Assembly (NCBI GenBank): GCA_012735495.1 | Contig: JAAYHD010000007.1 | Span: 6,247 to 70,246 of the forward strand | Length of the DNA: 64,000 nt | Reading direction: 5' to 3' | DNA from: Clostridiales bacterium | Lineage (GTDB): Bacteria > Bacillota > Clostridia > Lachnospirales > Lachnospiraceae | Shown here: positions 1-7,597 of the stretch, piece by piece | Position numbering within the stretch: the stretch's first letter is position 1 | How the letters are laid out: each line of letters begins with the position of its first letter | Translations under genes and position numbers: made by a program | The notes under the pieces: model-generated | What the model was told of the DNA's origin: nothing | What the model saw: the letters and a program-made list of their open reading frames with translations, nothing else | Databases searched by the model: none

Positions 1-431
1 CGGAAGGCCTGAAGAACGCCTCCGAGAACGCTGTTTTAAACGCCAATTACATGCTTCATATGCTTAAGGATACATTTGACATACCTTTCGGAAACGGGCG
101 CTGCATGCACGAGTTTGTCATTTCACTTGAAAGGCTTAAGAAAGAGAAATCCGTTTCGGCTCTGGATTTTGCCAAGACGCTTCTTGACTGCGGTATCCAT
201 CCGCCTACAATGTATTTCCCGCTGATTGTGCATGAAGCCCTGATGGTTGAGCCGACCGAAACCGAAACAAGGGAAACCCTTGACGAGGTAATAGCCTTTT
301 TTAAAGAGCTTTATGAAAGGGCGTACAATGATCCGGATTCCTTGCACGGCACTCCTTTGACCACGCCCATCGGCCGTCCTGATGAGGTCGGCGCCGCAAG
401 GAATCCGAGACTGAGATATTACAGCGATTGA
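1..431 (+). CDS. gcvPB: glycine dehydrogenase (decarboxylating) subunit 2, C-terminal fragment; the gene runs off the left edge of the window
   Basis: The frame is open from nt 3. The tail ...CMHEFVISLERL...DCGIHPPTMYFPLIVHEALMVEPTETE... is the conserved P-protein subunit 2 C-terminus. It is followed by lipoate ligase and E3. Confidence 0.85.
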   Translation, partial: EGLKNASENAVLNANYMLHMLKDTFDIPFGNGRCMHEFVISLERLKKEKSVSALDFAKTLLDCGIHPPTMYFPLIVHEALMVEPTETETRETLDEVIAFFKELYERAYNDPDSLHGTPLTTPIGRPDEVGAARNPRLRYYSD

Positions 432-440
432 AGGTGAGGT

Positions 441-1436
441 ATGACTGTAAGAAGGCTGAGGTATTGCATTACAAACGAGACATATCCGTACAGGAACCTG
501 GCACTGGAAGAATATCTTCTTCATAATGTGGCGGAGGATGAGTGCATCCTGTACCTTTGGCAGAATGAGAAGACCGTTGTTATCGGAAGGAACCAAAACC
601 CCTGGAAGGAATGCAAGGTAAAGGAACTGAACGAGGATGGGGGAAGGCTGGTAAGAAGGCTGTCCGGCGGCGGAGCGGTGTACCATGACCTGGGCAATCT
701 CAATTTCACGTTTGTCCTGACTAAGGAAAACTACAATGTGGACAGGCAGCTGGATGTTATAATAAGGGCTGTAAACGGTCTGGGCATAGAAGCGGAGAGG
801 TCGGGAAGAAACGATATTACCGTCTGCGGCAGGAAATTTTCCGGAAATGCATTCTATTCCGAGGGAATTAAATGCTACCATCACGGCACAATTCTCGTGG
901 ATGCGGATATGTCGAACCTGTCAAAGTACCTGAATGTATCAAAAACCAAGCTGGTATCAAAGGGAGTGGATTCGGTCAGGACCAGGGTGGCTAACCTTAA
1001 GGAATACAGGCCTGATCTGACCATAAACATGCTTAAGGAGGAGTTGCTTAAAGCCTTCGGTGAAACCTATGGCCATGTACCTGTCAGGATAATGGAGGAA
1101 GACCTGCCGCAGGATGCGCTTAAAGCGGGGGAAAAGAAGTTCTCATCATGGGAATGGATATATGGAAGAAAAATTGAATTCAGCGACAACCTCGAAAGGC
1201 GGTTTGACTGGGGAGATATCGAGCTGCAGTTGGTCGTGGAAGGTGGAATAATAAGGGACTGCCGGGCATATTCCGACTCCCTGGACATAGATATATTCGG
1301 ATTGCTTCCGAAGTATCTTTCCGGATGCCGGTTCACCCCGGAGGACATGGAGAAGGCTTTAAGAAGGATAGAAACCGAAATCGGCAATGCCCGGATTATT
1401 GAGGATATAATCCGGTTGATCAATGAGGAAGTATAG
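441..1436 (+). CDS. lplA: lipoate-protein ligase A
   Basis: 331 aa. It has an AGGTGAGG RBS and the LplA-type core ...RRLSGGGAVYHDLGNLNFTF...GRKFSGNAFY... It sits in a glycine-cleavage context. Confidence 0.85.
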   Translation: MTVRRLRYCITNETYPYRNLALEEYLLHNVAEDECILYLWQNEKTVVIGRNQNPWKECKVKELNEDGGRLVRRLSGGGAVYHDLGNLNFTFVLTKENYNVDRQLDVIIRAVNGLGIEAERSGRNDITVCGRKFSGNAFYSEGIKCYHHGTILVDADMSNLSKYLNVSKTKLVSKGVDSVRTRVANLKEYRPDLTINMLKEELLKAFGETYGHVPVRIMEEDLPQDALKAGEKKFSSWEWIYGRKIEFSDNLERRFDWGDIELQLVVEGGIIRDCRAYSDSLDIDIFGLLPKYLSGCRFTPEDMEKALRRIETEIGNARIIEDIIRLINEEV

Positions 1437-1496
1437 GGTTTTTTTTAGGGGGATATTACATACCATGGCAGGTTATAAATGCTCAGGAGGATGCTG

Positions 1497-2921
1497 ATGG
1501 AACGATTTGATCTGATAGTAATAGGCTCGGGCCCCGGCGGTTATGTGGCGGCCATAAAAGCGGCCAGGCTTGGGCTTAAGACAGCCATTATAGAAAAAGA
1601 CAAGATAGGCGGAACCTGCCTTAACCGCGGCTGCATACCGACAAAAACACTTATGCATGGCACGAATTTTCTTGCAGAGGCGGAAAACATAAAAAAGGCG
1701 GGCATAACGTTCACGGGTATAAATATTGATTTCTTCAGGCTTACGGAAAGAAAGAACGAGGTTGTAGAAAAGATTCGCAGCGGAATCGAAAACCTGTTTA
1801 AGGCTAACGGTATAAAGGTTTTCAGCGGCAGGGCAGCAATAATATCCCATAATACGGTTAGGGTGGAGCTCCGGGATGGAACAGCCTGCGGGGAGACGGC
1901 GGACCTTGTGGCAAAAAACATCCTGATAGCCACAGGCTCCGTTCCTGCTGTTCCAAAAATAGAAGGTGCCAATCTTGAAAATGTCGTGACCAGCGACGAT
2001 TTGCTTGAAAGCGGGGGAAGGCAATACAGGAAGCTTTTGATAATCGGCGGCGGCGTTATAGGTGTCGAGATGGCCACCATATATAACGGGCTTGGCTGTG
2101 AAGTGGAAATAATCGAAGCGATGGACAGGATACTGCCCGGAATGGACAGGGAAATATCCCAGAGCATTGGCATGGGGCTTAAGAAAAAAGGCATTGTAAT
2201 TCATACAGGCGCAAAAGTCACAAGAATAACCGAAGGCGGCGCTTACGGACTGGCCTGTGAATATATTGAAAAAGACAGCGTAAAAACTGCCGAGGCCGAG
2301 GGAGTCCTGATATCCGTAGGGAGACGGGCATATACGGAAGGACTGTTTGGCGAAGATGTGAATATTGAAACGGAAAGCGGTTATATTAAGGTTAATTCCA
2401 ATTTTGAGACAAGCATCCCGGGCATTTATGCCATTGGAGACGTAATACGCGGAAAACAGCTCGCCCATGCGGCATCCGCCCAAGGTGTGGCTGTCGTGGA
2501 AAAAATATGCGGGCTGGAGCCATCCGTCGATTTGGATGTGATACCTTCGTGCGTTTATACCGTACCGGAGGTTGCTGCCGTAGGCTTGAGCGAATCTGAG
2601 GCGGCGGAAATGGGATATAGGGTTAAGACAGGAAAATACCCCATGCTTGGCAACAGCAAGACCATGCTTTCCATGGGTGAAAGGGGATTCATCAAGCTGG
2701 TATGCGACGCCGATACGGGAAGGATTCTTGGAGCGCAGCTTCTGTGCGACAGGGCAACGGATATGGTCGGCGAGCTGGCCCTGGCGATATCAAGGAAGCT
2801 TACCTATAAGGAATTGGCTTCAATCATCCGTCCGCATCCCACTTATGAGGAAGCCATTACCGAGGCGGCGGAGGATGTAGACAACATGGCCATTCACGTA
2901 ATACCAAGAAAAACTTTGTGA
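1497..2921 (+). CDS. lpdA: dihydrolipoyl dehydrogenase (E3 / L-protein)
   Basis: It has the GSGPGGY FAD-binding motif and the redox disulfide GGTCLNRGCIPTK. The C-terminal dimerisation region contains HPTYEE. AGGAGG at 1485-1490 favours the ATG at 1497 over the ORF-track start at 1479. Confidence 0.9.
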   Translation: MERFDLIVIGSGPGGYVAAIKAARLGLKTAIIEKDKIGGTCLNRGCIPTKTLMHGTNFLAEAENIKKAGITFTGINIDFFRLTERKNEVVEKIRSGIENLFKANGIKVFSGRAAIISHNTVRVELRDGTACGETADLVAKNILIATGSVPAVPKIEGANLENVVTSDDLLESGGRQYRKLLIIGGGVIGVEMATIYNGLGCEVEIIEAMDRILPGMDREISQSIGMGLKKKGIVIHTGAKVTRITEGGAYGLACEYIEKDSVKTAEAEGVLISVGRRAYTEGLFGEDVNIETESGYIKVNSNFETSIPGIYAIGDVIRGKQLAHAASAQGVAVVEKICGLEPSVDLDVIPSCVYTVPEVAAVGLSESEAAEMGYRVKTGKYPMLGNSKTMLSMGERGFIKLVCDADTGRILGAQLLCDRATDMVGELALAISRKLTYKELASIIRPHPTYEEAITEAAEDVDNMAIHVIPRKTL

Positions 2922-2945
2922 AATAAATATAATAAAAAGTATATA

Positions 2946-2974
2946 TTGACGTGCTCCTTCTGCTTTGCTATAAT
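2946..2974 (+). promoter_or_regulatory. sigma-A type promoter (TTGACG - 17 nt - TATAAT)
   Basis: The -35 hexamer TTGACG is at 2946-2951. A 17-nt spacer follows, then TATAAT at 2969-2974. This is about 37 nt upstream of the radical-SAM start. Confidence 0.55.
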
Positions 2975-3010
2975 GAAACAGAACAAATGTTTGCCTTGCA
3001 GGAGGAGCAT

Positions 3011-4672
3011 ATGATTATTCAGGAAGGTATGTCATTACAGAGGAAGCTTGAGATACTGTCCGATGCCGCAAAATTCGACGTGGCCTGCACCTCTAGCGGT
3101 GTGGACCGCAAGGGAACCCAGAACGGCATTGGAAACAGTGTGGCCTGCGGTATTTGCCATGCCTTTTCTGCTGACGGAAGATGCATCTCATTGCTGAAGG
3201 TCCTGTTTACAAATGAGTGCATATTTGACTGCAAATATTGCATTAACCGGTCATCCAACGATGTGGTCAGGACATCGTTTACACCCAGGGAATTATGCGA
3301 GCTTACCATTGAATTTTACCGGAGAAATTATATAGAAGGATTGTTCCTCAGCTCCGGTATAATGGTAAGCCCTAATCATACTATGGAGCTAATCCTGGAA
3401 GCCTTAAGGATGCTTAGGGAGGATTATCACTTTAACGGATATATCCACTGCAAGGCGATACCGGGAACTGATCCGGCGTTAATAGAAGCCCTGGGATGGT
3501 ACACCGACAGGATGAGTATCAACCTGGAATTCCCGACTGCCGAAAGCCTGAAAAACCTGGCTCCGCACAAAAACAGGAAGAACATCCTTAAGCCCATGCG
3601 CCAGGTCCAGCTGTTAAGGGAAAGCAATCATGAATACCTAGGCATACGGGATGAAGGTTTGCTGCCGTACGACGGAGGGCATAGGGATGGCGGCGGGTTG
3701 ATACTGGGTGGAGGCCGAACGGATACCGGGGATCTGATACATGTCAAGGGCAGCCATATGGACAGCGGCATGTTATCAGGTGACAGCGGGCATATGGGCA
3801 GCAGTCTGATTATAGACGACGGTGGACGTACAGGCAGCGGAGACATTATACTCAATGACGGCGTTCGGACAGGCAGAAAAGGCCTGGTACCCGGTGACGG
3901 CGGCCATACATGTCAGGACTTGGCGAGCCCGGTGGAATATAAGGGCGGGATTTCCCTTTACAAAAAGCCGCCGATAAAGAGAAGCAGGTTCGTTCCCGCA
4001 GGACAGAGTACCCAGCTGATTATCGGCGCAACCAATGAAAGTGACTACCAGATTATGTCCGTTTCACAGGCCCTGTACGATAGTTTTAATTTAAAGAGAG
4101 TGTTTTATTCCGCCTTTGTTAATGTAAATAATGACAGTACCCTGCCGTCCACCCAGGACGGGCCGGCCCTGCTTCGTGAGCACCGGCTGTACCAGGCGGA
4201 TTTTCTGCTGAGATTTTACGGATTCAGGGTCTCGGAGCTTCTGACGGAAAAGAGCCCGAACTTCAACGTATTCCTTGATCCGAAATGCGACTGGGCGGTC
4301 AGGCACCTTGAGTTATTCCCGGTGGAGGTGAACAAGGCGGATTACCGGACCCTGCTTAGGGTTCCGGGCATCGGCGTGAACTCCGCACGCAGGATTATTG
4401 CAGCAAGAAAGAGCGCCGTACTGGATTTCAAGGATTTGAAGGCATTGGGAGTTGTCCTTAAAAGAGCGGTATACTTCATAACCTGCGGCGGAAGGATGAT
4501 GTATCCGGTTAAATTCAATGAGGATTTCATAACAAGGGAGCTTCTGGCATCAAGCGGCGGCACCCCATCATTTATAGATAAAGATATAACCTACAGGCAG
4601 CTTTCGCTGTTTGATGACGTTAATTTCAAGCCGGATGAGAAGTTCATTATTCAAAGACATTCACCGGTCTGA
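3011..4672 (+). CDS. radical SAM protein of the putative DNA modification/repair family (TIGR03916-like), with an internal low-complexity insertion
   Basis: The Cx3Cx2C motif is present in NECIFDCKYCINR. The C-terminal part has ...FVPAGQSTQLIIGATNE... and the helix-hairpin-helix-like LLRVPGIGVNSARRIIAARK. GGAGGAG sits directly upstream of the ATG at 3011. Confidence 0.8.
   Translation: MIIQEGMSLQRKLEILSDAAKFDVACTSSGVDRKGTQNGIGNSVACGICHAFSADGRCISLLKVLFTNECIFDCKYCINRSSNDVVRTSFTPRELCELTIEFYRRNYIEGLFLSSGIMVSPNHTMELILEALRMLREDYHFNGYIHCKAIPGTDPALIEALGWYTDRMSINLEFPTAESLKNLAPHKNRKNILKPMRQVQLLRESNHEYLGIRDEGLLPYDGGHRDGGGLILGGGRTDTGDLIHVKGSHMDSGMLSGDSGHMGSSLIIDDGGRTGSGDIILNDGVRTGRKGLVPGDGGHTCQDLASPVEYKGGISLYKKPPIKRSRFVPAGQSTQLIIGATNESDYQIMSVSQALYDSFNLKRVFYSAFVNVNNDSTLPSTQDGPALLREHRLYQADFLLRFYGFRVSELLTEKSPNFNVFLDPKCDWAVRHLELFPVEVNKADYRTLLRVPGIGVNSARRIIAARKSAVLDFKDLKALGVVLKRAVYFITCGGRMMYPVKFNEDFITRELLASSGGTPSFIDKDITYRQLSLFDDVNFKPDEKFIIQRHSPV
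3640..3960 (+). repeat. in-frame Gly/Asp/His-rich degenerate-repeat insertion within the radical SAM gene
   Basis: The translation is ...YDGGHRDGGGLILGGGRTDTGDLIHVKGSHMDSGMLSGDSGHMGSSLIIDDGGRTGSGDIILNDGVRTGRKGLVPGDGGHTCQD... Units of the type D-G/S-G-H and GGRTxxGD(L/I)I recur. Confidence 0.6.
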
Positions 4673-4694
4673 GTGCTTTATGCGGAGGTGCGGT

Positions 4695-5489
4695 ATGGGC
4701 AACACCAGGGTATTTGTATGCGAAAACAGTATTGACGGTATCTTTACCGCGGTTTATGATGCGTGGAGCTCGGGATACGGTCATAATAATGTGAGAATAG
4801 AAGAACAGTGTGAAAAAAACAGTTATTCCAACATGGCACTGTTCTCCGATTATATAATGGTAAAGACGGATTTTGATAAAGCGGTGAAGGTATCAAGATC
4901 AGTTAGGGCCAAAATCTCCGAAGAAGCCTATGAGATGGTCTGCAAGGCGGCTCTGTCGGACTGCCAGGGGAAGGGAGATCTTATATACAGGTTTCTTATT
5001 TTAGGATTTCGAATGGGTGCCGGCATAGTAAACCATCTAAGCAACGAGGTTGTCAACAAGGTTTTCAAGCTGAACAGGAATGTTAATGGCGAAGTGCATC
5101 ATTTCCTTGGTTTTATAAGATTTTCCGAGCATGAGAACCATGTCCTTACGGCGGTGATTCATCCGAGGAATAATGTGCTGACTCTTGTAACACCGCATTT
5201 TGCGGATAGGCTTCCGAATGAAAGGTTTGTTATATTTGATGGAAACAGGAATATTTGCTCTCTTCATGTTCCCGGCAAACCATGGGTAATTGCCGAGATA
5301 CCCGAAGCTGATGCTGATGATTACAGGTGCCGGGCCGACGATGAATACGGAAAATTATGGAAAACATTTTTTAACAGCATTGCCATTAAGGAAAGAACCA
5401 ACCTTAAGCTGCAGAGAAATAATCTTCCTTTGCGTTTCAGAAAGGATATGACGGAGTTTATTCCGGATAAACCGATATCGGAGCTATAA
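4695..5489 (+). CDS. DUF4130 / TIGR03915-like putative DNA metabolism protein, partner of the radical SAM protein
   Basis: GGAGGTG lies 6 nt before the ATG at 4695. The N-terminus VFVCENSIDGIFTAVYDAW and the later FLGFIRFSE...L are typical of this partner family as I recall it. It starts 22 nt after the upstream stop. Confidence 0.65.
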   Translation: MGNTRVFVCENSIDGIFTAVYDAWSSGYGHNNVRIEEQCEKNSYSNMALFSDYIMVKTDFDKAVKVSRSVRAKISEEAYEMVCKAALSDCQGKGDLIYRFLILGFRMGAGIVNHLSNEVVNKVFKLNRNVNGEVHHFLGFIRFSEHENHVLTAVIHPRNNVLTLVTPHFADRLPNERFVIFDGNRNICSLHVPGKPWVIAEIPEADADDYRCRADDEYGKLWKTFFNSIAIKERTNLKLQRNNLPLRFRKDMTEFIPDKPISEL

Positions 5490-5568
5490 CCTGTGAATGT
5501 GCATAATTCATTTTTCATTGAGGAATACTAAGCGAGTAAAGAATATCTGATTTTAAGGAGGAATACTC

Positions 5569-5928
5569 ATGAAAAAGAGAATGGGCATATTCATAGCCTT
5601 ATGTTGCGTTTTTATGCTCATATTGTCGGCTTGTGCCACGAATAATCGGGATAATAACAATCCTACGGAAAAAAATATAAACGGCATAGATAATAATACG
5701 ACAAATGACTGGGATGGTGACGCAACAAACGGCTCCAACAGGGGCAACAATGCAACAAGCGATTTTAACAATACGCCGGGTGCCGGAGGAAACAATAATA
5801 CAACAGGAGGTATGAATAACAACACAACCGGCGGAACAACAGGAGGCACGACCGGAGGTACCACAGGGGGGACAACCGGAGGGGCGAACAGCGGTGTCGG
5901 TGTTGACACGAGATCGACCATACCGTAA
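5569..5928 (+). CDS. small lipoprotein whose mature part is entirely low-complexity and rich in Asn/Thr/Gly
   Basis: AGGAGG RBS. The signal peptide MKKRMGIFIALCCVFMLILSAC carries a lipobox Cys. The remainder is N/T/G-rich and ends in (TTGG)x5. Confidence 0.6.
   Translation: MKKRMGIFIALCCVFMLILSACATNNRDNNNPTEKNINGIDNNTTNDWDGDATNGSNRGNNATSDFNNTPGAGGNNNTTGGMNNNTTGGTTGGTTGGTTGGTTGGANSGVGVDTRSTIP
5824..5883 (+). repeat. coding (Thr-Thr-Gly-Gly)x5 repeat
   Basis: The codons are aca acc ggc gga / aca aca gga ggc / acg acc gga ggt / acc aca ggg ggg / aca acc gga ggg. The peptide repeat is perfect, while the codons differ synonymously. Confidence 0.9.
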
Positions 5929-5972
5929 AGCTTATGTTAACAGTTTCCTGGAATAGTACACATTAGTATAAT

Positions 5973-6008
5973 AAAAATCCTTCAGGCTATTATACCGGGA
6001 GGATTTTT
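5973..6008. terminator. hairpin between convergent genes (candidate bidirectional terminator)
   Basis: AAAAATCCTTC pairs with GGGAGGATTTTT around a 14-nt loop. Both sides are A/T-rich. Confidence 0.45.
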
Positions 6009-6024
6009 ATTATTCTTCATATTA

Positions 6025-6444
6025 TTATTTAATGTCATTTTTGCCGCCGCACAATATCCTTTCAAACAGCAATCCGGTCATAAACCATACAGGAGCATAA
6101 TCGAGCCTGATTACTCCCTTTATATTAAGCTTTGCTTTGCTGTAGTCCCAAGGACATGCCCCGTATTTTTTTAAAATTACTCCCGTGCAGAATTCCGTAA
6201 AAAATATTAAAAGCGCATACACACCTCCTCGCACCAGGGCACATCTTTTCTCCAGCTTTGTACAAATGGGAGCCAGGCATGCCGCCATACCGTATATGGG
6301 AAACATCCATACGGAAGTCCGGCAAAGCAGGGTCCTGTCATTCTTTTTCCATTTTTTTAATGAGCTTAGGCCTGTCCAGAAGCATTCGAGACACCACCCG
6401 CACAGGCCGCATATTATAAAGTTTCTTATAAATGTCCTTTTCAT
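6025..6444 (-). CDS. small polytopic membrane protein, CmpB-like ('putative ABC-transporter type IV', PF06541-like)
   Basis: 139 aa with about 4 hydrophobic segments. The motifs ...CGWCLECFWTG..., FPIYGMAA and CPWDYS...L...G.IRLDY resemble that family. The assignment is from memory. Confidence 0.45.
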   Translation of the reverse strand: MKRTFIRNFIICGLCGWCLECFWTGLSSLKKWKKNDRTLLCRTSVWMFPIYGMAACLAPICTKLEKRCALVRGGVYALLIFFTEFCTGVILKKYGACPWDYSKAKLNIKGVIRLDYAPVWFMTGLLFERILCGGKNDIK

Positions 6445-6628
6445 GGGAATAGTATCTGCTTTTTATGGCATTCCTATGCTAATGCGGAAAAATCGAACTA
6501 TGTCTAGAAAAAAAACTAGATTTTTTAATATATATGTCTTATAATAAAATTCGTATAATTTTACATTGAAAATGCCGATATATCCGGGTAGCAGGAATAG
6601 AAATCTGAAGAGAAAACGAGGTTAGAAT

Positions 6629-7546
6629 ATGACGGAAAACCACGCTTATGTCATTGTCAAAAAGGTTAAGCTGGCAGAATCAATTTACCTTATGGACATT
6701 AAGGCTCCAAGAGTGGCCGCTGGCTGCCAGCCGGGACAATTTATTATTCTTATCGTTGATGAAAAGGGAGAACGCATACCGTTAACCATATGCGATTATG
6801 ACAGGGAACAGGGTACTGTTACTATTGTATTCCAGGCCCTTGGAAAATCCACAAAGCAGCTGGCGGAGCTTGAAGAAGGACAAGCTGTCCGTGATTTCAC
6901 AGGGCCTCTTGGCCAGGTATCCGAGCTTGTGAAGATGCCGAGGGAAGAGCTGGGCAAGAAAAAGGTGCTTTTTGTTGCCGGTGGTGTCGGAGCGGCACCT
7001 GTATATCCGCAGGTCAAGTGGATGAAAGAGAACGGTTACGAGGCTGACTGCATAATCGGCGCAAGAAGCAAGGATTTGATTATTCTCGAAAACGAAATAG
7101 GAAAATACGCGAAAAACGTTTATATATCCACCGATGACGGCTCTTACGGCATTAAGGGCAATGTAAATGACGCAATCAGGCATTTGGTAGTTGAAAAAGG
7201 AGAGCATTATGATATAATCGTAGCAATCGGGCCCATGATAATGATGAAGTATGTGTGCATCCTGACAAAAGAGCTTGACATTAAGACCATAGTCAGCATG
7301 AATCCCATAATGGTCGACGGTACCGGTATGTGCGGTGCCTGCAGGCTGACCATTGGCGGCGCAGTCAAGTTCGCATGTGTGGACGGACCCGAGTTTGACG
7401 GGCACCTGGTCAACTTCGACGAAGCGATGAAACGTCTCTCAATGTATAAAACGGTCGAAGGAAGAAAGATGCTTAAAGAGCTTGAAGGTGACACTCATCA
7501 TCATAAGGGCTGCGAATGTCATGAGGAACTGCCTAAAAATGCATAA
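6629..7546 (+). CDS. nfnA: NfnA-type subunit: ferredoxin-NADP reductase-like FAD/2Fe-2S protein (sulfide/dihydroorotate dehydrogenase-like)
   Basis: The N-terminus is a PyrK-like fold. GGVGAAP is the nucleotide-binding motif. The C-terminal cluster motif is GTGMCGACRL...CVDGPEF. It lies directly upstream of the GltD-like subunit. Confidence 0.8.
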   Translation: MTENHAYVIVKKVKLAESIYLMDIKAPRVAAGCQPGQFIILIVDEKGERIPLTICDYDREQGTVTIVFQALGKSTKQLAELEEGQAVRDFTGPLGQVSELVKMPREELGKKKVLFVAGGVGAAPVYPQVKWMKENGYEADCIIGARSKDLIILENEIGKYAKNVYISTDDGSYGIKGNVNDAIRHLVVEKGEHYDIIVAIGPMIMMKYVCILTKELDIKTIVSMNPIMVDGTGMCGACRLTIGGAVKFACVDGPEFDGHLVNFDEAMKRLSMYKTVEGRKMLKELEGDTHHHKGCECHEELPKNA

Positions 7547-7597
7547 TTATACCATTTTATATATAACAGACATGAATAGTTAAGGGGTAGGACAACA

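Noticed and set aside
123-2483. Long minus-strand ORFs (123..884 at 253 aa, 1473..2483 at 336 aa, 1541..2194 at 217 aa) opposite gcvPB, lplA and lpd.
   Set aside because: They lie entirely antisense to genes with unmistakable conserved motifs. Their translations are low-complexity or basic with no recognisable domain and no RBS. These are typical shadow ORFs.
3628-3855. A minus-strand 75-aa Pro/Ser-rich ORF, and the 5553..5921 minus-strand ORF with PVVPPVV repeats.
   Set aside because: Both are mirror images of Gly-rich coding repeats on the + strand, namely the radical SAM insertion and the TTGG lipoprotein tail. GGN codons read as NCC (Pro) on the opposite strand.
2951-4694. Upstream-extended starts given by the ORF track (GTG 2951 for the radical SAM gene, ATG 4611 for its partner). 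Similar extensions occur at 1479, 26918, 27654, 33201, 33734, 35369, 40548, 43691, 50794, 51939, 56538, 60121, 61663 and 62734.
   Set aside because: In each case an internal ATG is preceded at 5-9 nt by a GGAGG-like RBS and yields the N-terminus typical of the family. The extension would overlap a promoter or the upstream gene.
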